Source: Octopus vulgaris
Taxonomy: Eukaryota
Direction of reading: 5' to 3'
Assembly (NCBI GenBank): GCA_951406725.2
Contig: OX597819.1
Location: forward strand, 19,716,001-19,780,000
DNA: 64,000 nucleotides
Positions 47,011 through 58,687 of the stretch are shown one piece after another. A program made the translations under genes and the position numbers. The notes beneath the pieces were generated by a model. The model searched no databases, was not told where the DNA came from, and saw nothing but the letters and a program-made list of their open reading frames with translations. Within the stretch, counting starts at the first letter, position 1. The number at the start of each line of letters is the position of its first letter.

Positions 47011-47152
47011 CCTGTCTATCTGTCTCTCTGTCTATCTATCTATCTATGTATCTATCTATTTATCTATCTATCTGTCTATCTACCTATCTAACTCTCTAGC
47101 TATCTTTCTTTCTTTCTATCTATCTATCTATCTACCTATCTATATATCTATC
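46608..47152. repeat. (TATC)n array with an internal ~220-bp duplication
   Basis: The variant block acctgt..ctaactctctagctatctttctttctttc occurs twice (~46790-46930 and ~47010-47150). Confidence 0.9.
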
Positions 47153-47197
47153 TCTTTCGTCTTCCTTTTGTGTGTAAAACACAACTTTCGATAGGGA

Positions 47198-47602
47198 CAT
47201 GCTCAAAATAGGCTGTATAAATGTAAGTGGCTTGTGGTCGCCTTGGATACAAGGCTTCCTGTAAAGCGACATCAAGTCACAAAATCTGCAATTCTACACA
47301 GACAACACATTTGTGACTTGTACACTTAACTTAGATAAGAAACATAGGTTACTGGAAGCTGAAGGCGTCTTTCACGGCATGCCAGGCCTGTAGGGACCGG
47401 ATTAGCACATTAGTTAAGAGAGCATTTACGGGTGTCATCATCAAAAACAGCAATTAAATTAGAATTGATTAGGTACAGTAAGGCCCTAGCAGTAGACCGT
47501 AATAGAACAGAGGGAGACCTAGTTAAGAAATTAGAAGAGGCACTTAGACCTGACATCGCGTCCAACGTACTGGCAACGAGGTTGGCTCTCGACCAACATT
47601 TC
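47198..47602 (+). pseudogene. Tx1/L1-clade ORF2 fragment (endonuclease start plus post-EN linker), internally deleted
   Basis: MLKIGCINVSGL (APE N-terminus), GYWKL, and AIKLELIRYSKALAVDRNRTEGDLVKKLEEALR. Confidence 0.7.
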
Positions 47603-47619
47603 ATTTGTCAGAGCTATAT

Positions 47620-47881
47620 ACTCTTTCTTTTACTCGTTTCAGTCATTTGACAGTGGCCATGCTGGAGCACCGCCTTTAGTCGACCAAATCGACCCCGGGA
47701 ATTATTGTTTGTAAGCCTAGTACTTATTCTATCGAACTATGTTTGCCGAACCGCTAAGTTCCGGAGACATAAACACACAAGCATCGTTTGTCAAGCGATG
47801 GTGGGGAACAAACACACACGCAAAAACATATGCACACACATACATACACACAAACACACACACACACACATACACACACAC

Positions 47882-47931
<50 letters not shown>

Positions 47932-48092
47932 GACGGGCTTCATTCAGTTTCCGTCTACTAAATCTACTCACAAGTCTTTGGTCGGCCCGATGCTATAGTA
48001 GAAGACACTTGCTCAAGGTGCTAAGCAATGGAACTGAACCCGGAACCATGTGATTGGTAGTCAAGCTACTTACCACACAGCCACTCCTGCGG
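47620..48092 (-). mobile_element. SINE family A
   Basis: Full-length reverse-complement match. Confidence 0.9.
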
Positions 48093-48247
48093 CAATGTGA
48101 CAATTAGTTGGTTGTCTTAAAACTCAGAGCTTTATATCTGTGTTTATATCTATATGCACACAGGTGTGTGAGTATGTATATAGATAGGTATACGTACATT
48201 TATTGGTGGTCATATTATTATTATTATTGTTATTATTAATTAATATA

Positions 48248-48465
48248 TATTGCGGAGATGTACTTGCATAGCAAGTGACCTGATCTGCGATCGTGTGCTG
48301 GAACGAAAACAATTGCAGCGTGGAATGTGCTTATAAGCCACTTAAGAAACACAAAAACCGTTAGATTCACTTCAACATTTAAATTCAATTTGTCAAAATA
48401 TTTTCGTCACTTTGAGGCCGTGACCTGTTCACTGACAAAATCTCGTGCTGCATCTTTCTAGAAGA
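48248..48465 (-). mobile_element. Probable solo PLE pLTR fragment carrying the G3-C8 hammerhead-like motif
   Basis: Non-microsatellite block starting at a TA-rich site and containing the motif. Assignment to a PLE is inferred. Confidence 0.45.
48389..48439 (-). ncRNA. Minimal hammerhead-like motif, G3-C8 variant
   Basis: Minus strand: UUUGUCA - GUGAACA - G - GUCAC(ggccucaaa)GUGAC - GAAA - AUAU - UU - UGACAAA. Perfect 7-bp stem I, 5-bp stem II, palindromic stem III (AAUAUU). Confidence 0.7.
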
Positions 48466-48507
48466 TTACAAATATAGATACTACCGAATACTTATATATA
48501 TATATAT

Positions 48508-48588
<81 letters not shown>

Positions 48589-48670
48589 TTATTTCTTATA
48601 CTCGTTTCAGTCATTTGACGGCGGCCACGCTGCAGCACCATCTTTAGTCGAGCAAATCGGCCCCAGGATT

Positions 48671-48744
<74 letters not shown>

Positions 48745-51053
48745 CTGTATGCTTCATGCATAGGTGAGTACTGGTGAGTTTTCCAAGTGCACCAACATTT
48801 AACACTCTACTAATCTAAATGCACGACGTCCGCCAACGTACTTACTTTTGTTTCTACGTCTAGTGCATGTGTCGTACTGGCGGGTGATTATAATGTACAC
48901 GACAGCAAACCTTCCACAACTACGTTTGTACATAACTACAAAACATACATATATACATACTGCATTTATGTACATATACGTACGTACACATTTGTATGTG
49001 TGTGCTTTTCTTTATGGAGTTGCAGCTTATAGTGATTCTGTTATAAATATATTTTATTGCACTCTGTTCAGTACATATTTCGGTTAATTATATTTCTCGC
49101 CTGTGTTTATGCATAAAAATGTGCACGTAATGTTGTCGTTATTCCTGGGAATATCATTAGTGAATTATTATAGATGTTGTTAGTATTGATCACAACAATA
49201 AAAGCGACAACAAATGAACTATGATTCGGTGAATAGAGCAACCTTGATGCGTTTGTTTAGCCAACATTACGTATCACCGTATCAACACACTGCTATATGG
49301 ATTTTCAAAGAAGCTACCTTAATTAAGCACCTAAAAACCACAAATCGACAATCATCAAGAGCTTCTTCGTTGTCACAAATTAATTGGCTGCTATAAATGT
49401 CAAAAAAATCCCACTGATCCTCAGACTGACTGTGTCACTCTCTTGCATGTCACGGTGTCCTTGATACTGTTTATTTTTCGGTTTTACTTTTTTTTTTTAT
49501 ATATTTTTGTTCGTTTCTGACTATAACTATACAACGTGATGCAGCTGAAATATTGAATTAATTATTGACTAGCTTCTTAGATTCCTTACTAGATCCAACA
49601 ATGCATTGACTTTTTATTTCATTTCTAAATGTATACTCATGTGACAATGCTTCATTGAACTACATACTGGTGAAAATATTTTTACAAACAGACGATCGAT
49701 TTCAGATCAAATAATTTCGGTACAAATTCTAGAAAGGAAAACACTTTCATTGGTTGTTTTCTTTGAATTATCTCTCTATGTATTCATGCATAATTAGATA
49801 CAGAGCTTTGTTTTTCTTCCCGTACGTATAATCATCTTTTTTTCCCTCTTCTTCAATGTTCAATGTTTCTCTGAAGATATTTCCGGAAAGGAAATAAAGG
49901 AAAACAGGAAAGAAAATAAACGTCAATATCAACGTCACTTAAATCAGATCCTAATGAATTCTCATGGCATCTGTGTTGTTATTTTGTGACAGAAGCATAG
50001 TTCGTTGATCAGGTCTATTTGTGTTCAGTATTGAAAACGAACGATTTACTTATATTTATTAAGAAGGCAAGCGTGGAACTACAGATCATAAATCAGATCT
50101 CACTTTGAACGTCAGCTCGGAATTAAACCCCTGCTTATTGTATAAATTGTTCAACACGAATTGCTTCCTATTTCACTTAATGTGTAGACTTTAGTTTTGG
50201 TGAATGTTGTTGCCTTTCTTTTAACTGCTCTAGATGAAATGATAGAGAACTGATCGCGGGAAAAATTATGTATGATATAATTATATAACTTTATGTTCTG
50301 GGATTAAATCGTACGCATGTAGGCAGATACTACACACACACACACACACTCACGCACAAACACATACACACACCATCGAGAAAAAAATTCTACTTACTCG
50401 TCGAAATATTCCTGGCAGCTGAAAGGGAACTCAAATTATGAAATAAAAGTGGAAAATTCTTCTGCAACAGAGGACCTTACGTAAACGGTAAATAACTATT
50501 TCAGTTACACAGATAATAAAAGAGTATGCTATTGAATGCTATTAATACCTCATTTCACTTCAATATTTGAATACAATATCAGGAATTTTAGGTAGTTCTT
50601 GGCCACATTTCCAATTTTCTCTGGAAATTTCTGTATGATGAGTATTAATCCGAGTGGCGCATGAAGTACAACGCTGCCAGTAGCCCCATCTTTTACAAAC
50701 CAAGCTACAGGTCAAATGGAGAACCATATTGCACTCTCAGGGAATACTTTCTGTGCAGCCAATGATCTTGGCATCTTTATTGCCAGCATGGAGGAACTCT
50801 GAGGTTTGAGACGTAGATGTTGAAGGGATGTTATAGAAAAGATCTCTGCTTTCTACACAAGGTCGATTCTGACTAGAAAGAAACATTCTGGAAGTAACCG
50901 CCTGAATAACTAATCTTCGTATGTCTTTTTGATGGCTTGTCCGTCAAATGTCCAATATTTTATATCTCTCTGTGAAAGGTATAAATCAGAGATGCGTCGA
51001 TAGCAGTCCTCAAGACAAGTGTGTGTGTGTGTGTATGTGTGTGCGTGTGTGTC

Positions 51054-51084
<31 letters not shown>

Positions 51085-51183
51085 ACTGGGAAGAGAAATA
51101 TTAAACGAATACATGCGTTTGAGAATTAGTACATCAAAAACTAGTTATTATTGTAGTAGCTGTATAGTAAGAAGCTTGCTTCC

Positions 51184-53139
51184 GTTTCCGGTCGTGGAGT
51201 TGACTTCTTGTCACGTGAAAGTGAGGACGTGAGCTTTGAGTTCCGTCCTAAAAAGAAAAAAAGAACAAAAACAGAGAAGGTTATCGAGGTAGGTGATTTT
51301 GTTTGTTGTGAGCTGGGCATAATTTATTGCGTGCGAATTATTTTTACAGTAAATTGTGCCCAGCTCTGGGACAATTTCGCCTGCTCTCGGCGGCTGCTGT
51401 TTTTGTGTATTGAAAATTTATTGGATTTATTTTTGATGGGGCGTATCCTCGCACGAATAGAATCCGTTGCTGTTGCAGTTACCGTTCGCTGTATTGTGTT
51501 TGAATTACTGGACAACAAAAAAGATTTATGCCAAGGAACCTATCCACATAAGGCCGGGATTACCTGTTGGCCAAATGGATTTTTGCTGTGTGAACTGTTT
51601 TTTTTTAATTTTCCGTTTATCCTTTCTGCTTTTTTCTTTCCTTATGAACTACTAATTAATTTTTGGACTTACTATGTTTTTTTTAACTTTTGTGTACCTT
51701 TTTCACATTCTCTTGACCTTTGGACATTTTTTTGGAACTCTTAAGACATTCTTTTGCACATGGCCAAAAAATAAACGTTGCCGCTGCTTTAGAGTGGGAG
51801 GTGGTCCCACCCAAACAGTGGATTAAAGATCTTGAGAAGAGGACGATGGTACTACGGACCTATTCTAGGTCGTGTGGTGCCATCGCCCTCTTCGACAAGA
51901 GCGTAATAGAGAAAGAGTTGGCAGACTAACCTGCCAACTATATAATTTATCTCACGGGGGACCAAATTTGCAATGGTGTGGTTGCTGATTGGTGCCACCG
52001 AGGAAGCTGGCAGATTTGCCAGCGAGCCCCTTGAGGGAGAAGAAATTTTGTTCCTCCTCACTTATTGTGGAAGGAAGAAAAGAAGAGCCTGGGTGTCCGG
52101 GCTGACTCCGGGTACGGGGGCGCGATGGATCGAGAAGACCACCTGGCGAGGCCTGGGGGAGAGCGGGCCCAGGTTATTGAGTTTGAAGATTACTCCTGCG
52201 GTCGACTGGGAGGGGTCAAAGGCAACTTTGATCCTGTGGACCCCGGTGGCCGTGGGAGACATGATGTTTCCAGATTTCCTAAACATGGCCGGGTACAGGT
52301 ACCCGGTGATAATTGAGGGCCGCCCCCAAGTGTCACCTGTGCATGGAGCCTGGCCATATCAAAAGGAATTGTCTAGGGGGTCGTGGTGGGGCCCTGGAGC
52401 ATGAGAAAAAGAAGGTGTCCGCCGCCCCCTCATTGTGGGGGGGACGGTGGAAGTCGTGGAGGAAGTTGCCTCCACGAAAAGAAAAAGAAAGGTAATCAAC
52501 AATAGTTGCTCACCAAAGAATTTTCAGGCGGCGGAGGAGCAGCCCTCTGCTCCCGCAGGTTCAAATAGAAAGAGGAAAAAGAGGAGCAGGAGACGGTCGG
52601 CAGATGTTCCTGGGCCGCCGACGGAGCCGCAGGTGGGATATGTGCCACCTGCGGATAGGGCTCCGTCAGTGGGACTTATGAGGTCCCTTCCAGTGAAGAG
52701 GAGGTGTTTGTCCTCTTTTACCACGAGGGAGGGACAGTAAGTTTTTGGACGGCTCGGTTGACCGAGAACGTGTGTACTCGGTCTGCTCAAGTAGTGTGAT
52801 ATGAAAAATATGAATGCAGCTTTCATCTTGGCATTTGAAAATTTGTCAGAATTTTTTCAGTTACTACCTCTGCAGCCACCTTTGACAAGGAAGAATTTGC
52901 TCTCCTCATTGCAGGCCCCGACTTATTGATGCAGAGTTGTGTGCAGGCGGCAAGTCACTTTGCTTGGGGGACCTGACAAAGAGAATTGTTGTAAGAAACT
53001 TTGTATTCGAGGGTTTGTCGGTCGGTGGGCGCCGACATCCCTCACATTCGTATCATTTTGTTTCATTTCATCTCATCTTGTCCATGTCCAGCCCACAAGC
53101 TTCTCTTTGTAAGGCCTATATGGCCAATTTAATGAAATA
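51184..53139 (+). mobile_element. Tx1/L1-clade LINE, internally deleted (ORF1 relic plus 3' end, ORF2 largely missing), with 15-bp TSD
   Basis: TSD aagaagcttgcttcc at 51169-51183 and 53140-53154; GC-rich ORF1 relic; A-rich 3' end aatgaaataa. Confidence 0.8.
51760..52740 (+). pseudogene. Disrupted LINE ORF1 with a CCHC zinc knuckle
   Basis: Frameshifted ORFs 51720-51929, 51973-52404, 52313-52495 and 52435-52740 contain ..YPVIIEGR-PKCHLCMEPGHIKRNC (CX2CX4HX4C), followed by a basic low-complexity tail. Confidence 0.8.
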
Positions 53140-53478
53140 AAGAAGCTTGCTTCCCAACCACATGGTTACGGGTTTAGTCCCAATGCGTGTAAATTTGGGC
53201 AAATATCTTCTACTATAGCATCGGGCCAACCAAAACTTTGAGAGTGGATTTGGTAGATGGAAACTGAAAGAAGCCCGTCGTACATGTGTGTGTGTTTTCC
53301 TGGGTTTGTCTCCCACCATCACTTTGACCAGTGGTGCTGGTGTGTTTACGATCCCGTAATCTAGCGGTTCGGCAAAAGGCTCCGATACAATAAGTACTAG
53401 GCTTACAAGGATTAAGTCCTGGGATCGATTCGTTCGACTAAAGGCGGTACTCCAGCATGGCCGCAGAATAAAAGAGCA
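53140..53478 (+). mobile_element. SINE family A with its head split by the Tx1-like insertion (first part at ~51155-51183)
   Basis: agaagcttgcttcccaaccacatgg..ggcggtactccagcatggccgcag. Confidence 0.85.
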
Positions 53479-53795
53479 TGTGCATAGTTATACGTGTAGA
53501 AATATATTGAGACGTTCAGCTCCATGGTAAATCCTCTGAGTCTAAAGAATATCGTTCAATGTATAACAACACTTACTTATAAGACACGTATTTGCATGGG
53601 CCAACGGGTATTGGTCCATACCTATTCTGTTGTATCTATGTAGACTCTGGAAAATTTTAAATCAAACTTTCACTCAATGATTGAGTAATACATTAGCGCC
53701 TCTACAGGGACACTACACGAAAGTACGAAAGATAGCAACCGTATTTTCTGTAAGCCACAACATGCTGTTCACAAAACCACGCAGTAATTGATATA

Positions 53796-54021
53796 TATTT
53801 CTTTACTACCCACAAGGGGCTAAACACAGACGAGACAAACAAGGACAGACAAACGGATTAAGTCGATTATATCGACCCCAGTGTGTAACTGGTACTTAAT
53901 TTATCGACCCCGAAAGGATGAAAGGCAAAGTCAACCTCAGCGGAATTTGAACTCGGAACGTGACGACAGACGAAATACAGCTACGCATTTCGCCCAGCGT
54001 GCTAACGTTTCTGCCAGCTCG
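53796..54021 (-). mobile_element. SINE family B with a 19-bp TSD
   Basis: TSD ccacgcagtaattgatata at 53777-53795 and 54022-54040. Confidence 0.9.
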
Positions 54022-56394
54022 CCACGCAGTAATTGATATAGTCGCTCGTGCAGGTGTGGCAGGAACAAATAACTAGGGCGGGCTTCACTGAAATACCTTT
54101 GCAATTATATCTTCTTGATTAAAGGCGACTTCAGGCTAAACCTCAAGCCCAACCATCACCACATCCGCCACCACCATAACAACAACTACAACAACAAGAG
54201 CAACGATGAAAACAACAATAACAACTAAAATCCTTTAGCGTTGATGGAAATAGAAATGAGCAAACTGAATGATATTATTACTCTCGCTGTTAATCCTCTT
54301 GTTGTTGCTGCCGTTATTGTTGTTGTCGTTGTTGTTAAGCAACAAGACGGTTAAGGGTGAATAGGTGATTGTCTAGGGCTTAGGGGCGGGAGACCCCAGA
54401 CATTGGAAAAAAGAACTTTGGTCGTCTTGTTGTAGTCGAGGACTCTTCGTTGACGCCCGACACCACTGGGAGGTGGCCCTTGAAGTCGCTGGAAATGAAC
54501 GGCTTTTGTTGCTGCTGCAGTTGATTCACAACTTGGTCCGGAACGAGGGGGCACCGCCCAAAGTCTTTCTTCAAATAACCATAACATCAGACTGTTTCAG
54601 CTACAGCGAACACCAGTCTCAGCATTTCGTGGTGCAAGTTTTATTTGAGTGAGGTGACGTTTGTAGGAAACAGGGTTGCTTTATCTAACATGTTATTACG
54701 CTATCACAAAGAAGACCTCTTAGCATCAATGCTATATTTTTGAAACGTGGCCACGTAAATAGAGATTCAAAAGGCGTTCCACACCTGACAGTCCTGTTTT
54801 CATTTTGGCAAACACTTTAAATCTTTATTTAACCAGACGCGATTTTGTTAAATTTTTTTGCTCCTCCTGTTTCTTGATAAAGATGATACACGAATTATTA
54901 GGAAATTAGCTGCAACCAGAATGAGCAATGAATGTTCATTATTCGCTGCGGTCTCAACTCACAGTCTAAGTTCAAAATGTTACACTTCAATAGAATCTAA
55001 TGAACAACTTGCAGGTGGATTAATATTCGAAGTAAAGATATATTGTGATCTCTAAACGTTCTGTTAAATAAAAAAAAATATGAATGCAGCTTTCATCTTG
55101 GCATTTGAAAATGCCTAAGGAATTTTATTGGCACATTACAACGTGGCTCTCCTTAAAGAGTACAACAGAATCTACGAGCACAAAACCTAATTCTAATTCT
55201 TTCCAAGTGTAGTTACGTATGTGAAGCATAAACGCGAGAGAGATATACACATATGGGGTGAGGTTATATTTATACATATATATTTGCTAATATATGTGTA
55301 TGTGCATGTGTGTCTGTGTAGTGTGCATGTTTATGAATATATGTATGAACGTATATACGCATGCACATGCAGGCTTGTATGCTTATATAGAAGTATGCAT
55401 GCATGTATACATATACCTTTATCGCACTGCCGTTATTTCGATTATTTGCGAGAGATTTAGTCTCCTAAACGGATTATTCTGTTTATAATATGCTTTAAAC
55501 TACTTCCTTTGCCATTAACATGGAACCGCTGTCTCATCACAGATAATACCTGCCGTAATCAATTAAGAAATCATCTTAGCGGATGGACATTCCTTTCGAA
55601 GTTTTGAAAATAGTTATCATTCTTATGAGACAAACATGCGTGAGTTTGTTATAGAATTCAGTCTCGATAAGATTAAATATTAAAGCTGAAGCCATTAGCT
55701 CTACTGGATAGTAATGGCAGTTCGGTGATATTCTCAACACGAATACGAAATCTTAATGTTAAGATATGATAGAGCGAGCGATTTTATTGTCAGAGGCAGG
55801 AGTTTAATTGTCGATAAATTATCCATACTAAGAGCTTTCCGTGACGTTTATTAACACCGCGACGCAACTGGTAAACGTTGTTAAATTAAGACGATGGCTT
55901 AAAGAAATGAAAACTCCAAATGAAATACGGAAAGAAATTCTTTGATATTCGACAATATTTCACCGGGGTATTTTTATTTATTTATTTTATTTCTATTTTT
56001 AGAGATACATTTCAAGAAATATAGCTTCAAAATTATATTTTAGAGTATCATTAAAGTTTTTTATAGCTAGGGAGAGGCGATTCACAGTGGGTTTCAAAAC
56101 TTAGATACAGTTACTAATTAAAGTGAAGCTTGCTTTTATATTGCCGCTGTTATTCATATCAAATATCTGAAGGTAACGCCACTGTGTAATGTTTAATAAC
56201 ACAAACGCATATATTCTTCAAGATATACAAAGTCCAACAGATGTGTATATGCATATACATACACTGTCACGACGTTAAGGAAATATAAGTCGGACAACAG
56301 ATGAGATGAGAATTATATCAGCATACACATATTCGCAGGGAAAGAGGTGAAATTATCATTATTATATTCAATAAGTTATATGTTTTTCTTTTCT

Positions 56395-56429
<35 letters not shown>

Positions 56430-56648
56430 TCCCTGATAAACACACACATATATGCACATTCACACAAACATACATTGATAGATATATGAGAGAGAGAGAG
56501 AGAAAGTGTGAAAGAGCGAGAAAAAGAGAGATAGAAAGAAAAAGGAAGCGGAAAATAAGAAAATAGAAACCTCAATTTATGATTTATCATCATTAAACAC
56601 ATAGGATCAATGCGACGTTAATAAATTGCTATGTGTATATATATGTAT

Positions 56649-56737
<89 letters not shown>

Positions 56738-56743
<6 letters not shown>

Positions 56744-56870
56744 GATGAGCTGGAAAGTTCCTGGTTTTCGGTAAAGGGAAATGCAGTTGGGTCAGTCAGA
56801 TATAATTTTATTCAACATATTCACACACGGTGGCTTTTCAGTTTTCCTGGGCGCTTTAAAGGAATTCGGA
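56738..56870 (+). mobile_element. Mariner/Tc1 terminal fragment
   Basis: TA-flanked gaggatgagctggaaagttcctgg resembles a mariner TIR. A related degenerate sequence lies near 25855-25945 (shared tataattttattca). Confidence 0.4.
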
Positions 56871-56874
56871 GTGT

Positions 56875-57018
56875 CTGTGTGGTAAGTAGCTTGCTAACCA
56901 ACCACATGGTTCCGGGTTCAGTCTTACTGCGTGGCATCTTGGGCAAGTGTCTTCTGCTATAGCCCCGGGCCGACCAATGCCTTGTGAGTGGATTTGGTAG
57001 ACGGAAACTGAAAGAAGT
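56875..57018 (+). mobile_element. SINE family A, 5' part
   Basis: Near-identical to 35348-35490; ends before the microsatellite. Confidence 0.88.
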
Positions 57019-57022
57019 AAAA

Positions 57023-57060
<38 letters not shown>

Positions 57061-57302
57061 TTTGGGTATGGTAGATGAATTCAGCAAACATTCAGATTCA
57101 GATGATCAGAGGAATATGGTACTTAATTTGAGGCACCAGAAATTAGTTCGGTATTATCCATACAAATTCAAAATAAGGTGATTAAAATCAAAATATACAA
57201 GTGAAGACACCATGTTCTTAGTCTATCTCCTTAACTTCTTGGAGGTGTTAGGTAAAATGGTACTAATGTATCCATCTCTTTTAATTTAATTCTATGTCTT
57301 TC

Positions 57303-57388
57303 TGCAGCTGATGATTGCTCTGCATTTAAATTGATGTAATGGTTGCATTGTTCAATTAAATAGATTTGCGTGAAACAATCGTACTGCA
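57303..57388 (+). ncRNA. Hammerhead-like motif with a canonical core and extended stem II
   Basis: UGCAG - CUGAUGA - ~57-nt insert with inverted repeat (auuuaaauuga...ucaauuaaau) - GAAA - CAAUCG - UA - CUGCA. Stem I is a perfect 5 bp; the base of stem II is degenerate. Confidence 0.6.
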
Positions 57389-57570
57389 TTGCCTCTGTTT
57401 ATCCTTCATGCTTATTTTGACACACACACACGCGCGCGCGCGCACAAACACAAACACACACATACACACTCACATAAATATTTATATTTGGAAATTACAA
57501 AAAAAAAAGACGAAGACGGGTGTATAAACAACAAACTGTTGCATTAGTTTGATGCTCGGGAAGAGAAAGT

Positions 57571-57606
57571 CTTTTACATTTCGAGCTTACGCACTTCAAC
57601 AGAAAG
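57571..57606 (-). ncRNA. Minimal hammerhead-like motif, CUGUNGAA variant
   Basis: Minus strand: CUUU - CUGUUGAA - GUGC(GUAA)GCUC - GAAA - UG - UA - AAAG, inside a ~170-bp dispersed repeat (57495-57665). Confidence 0.5.
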
Positions 57607-57812
57607 GCACACTGAATTAAAAAGAGAGAGAAAATAAACAAAAGGTTTAGTGACTAGCGATCAATCACACATATATGCATACATACATACACATATTTAT
57701 ATATAGCAATTTAGCTACGTTTAAAAAAAACCTATGAGATATTAAACATCTAAAGATTTACTGGCCTTTTGTTAAAAATGTTCGTGTGTCACAGTATATA
57801 TGTGTATGTATA

Positions 57813-57868
<56 letters not shown>

Positions 57869-57929
57869 GAAATGAAGAAAATGCTGACAAATAATTGAAG
57901 TAATTTAAGTAATTTAATTAGGTGAAAGT

Positions 57930-57976
57930 TCTTTTTACCGGTTGCGCATTTGTTATGCTTATCAAAATATAAAAGA
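57930..57976 (-). ncRNA. Second copy of the U3-A8 / GCAA hammerhead-like motif, in the 3' pLTR (PLE sense strand)
   Basis: Reverse complement of 60448-60494 (ctttttaccggttgcgcatttgttatgcttatcaaaa). Confidence 0.6.
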
Positions 57977-58687
57977 GAGATTAGAGTCTGTCTCTTATAT
58001 GTGAAAAAAGAGGCTCCAGAGTTGTTTGGGATTTGCTTGGTTTCGCTCCTAAAATTTTGATTGGTCATTATGAAGGGGTCACGTGAATGTTTGAATGGAA
58101 GTTGGTGTTGGGGTAAGAAAAAAGGCTCCAGAGAAGTTAAAATTTGGCTAGTGTCCCGCCTAAAATTTCTTATTGGCCATAATAAAGAGGTCACGTGAAT
58201 GTTTAGAATTTTCGAAAATAGTGTTGTTGAAAATTCTTATTGTTCAGGCTGGTCAGTAGACGTCATGTGGATATCTTAAATAGCTTTTTAGCGCGTAGTT
58301 AGGGAGTGTATTTTCCGCTTGACTGGATAAGTAAGTTCGTTTAGAACAGGGAGAGCTGTATGTATGTATGTATGTGTGTGTGCGCGCGCGCGTGTGTGTG
58401 TTTATATGTATGTTGCGGCGCGCGCGCGTGTATATATGTGTGTGTGTGTGGGTACAATTTTCAATATTTATAGTTCTGCTGGCCTTGTGCCTGTATCGGG
58501 AAGCAACGTATTTGTGTGAAGTCAATATTTACAGCCATTTCCAAAAAATAGTGTTGGATGTTTTGCACCCGTATTCAATTATGTGTATGTGTGGAACCAT
58601 ATATTTGTGTGTGTCATGGTGTTAATATCTGGGTAAAGGTGTGTGTAGGGTGTGTGCAGGTGTAAGTGTGTTTGTTGTGGGTTCGTG

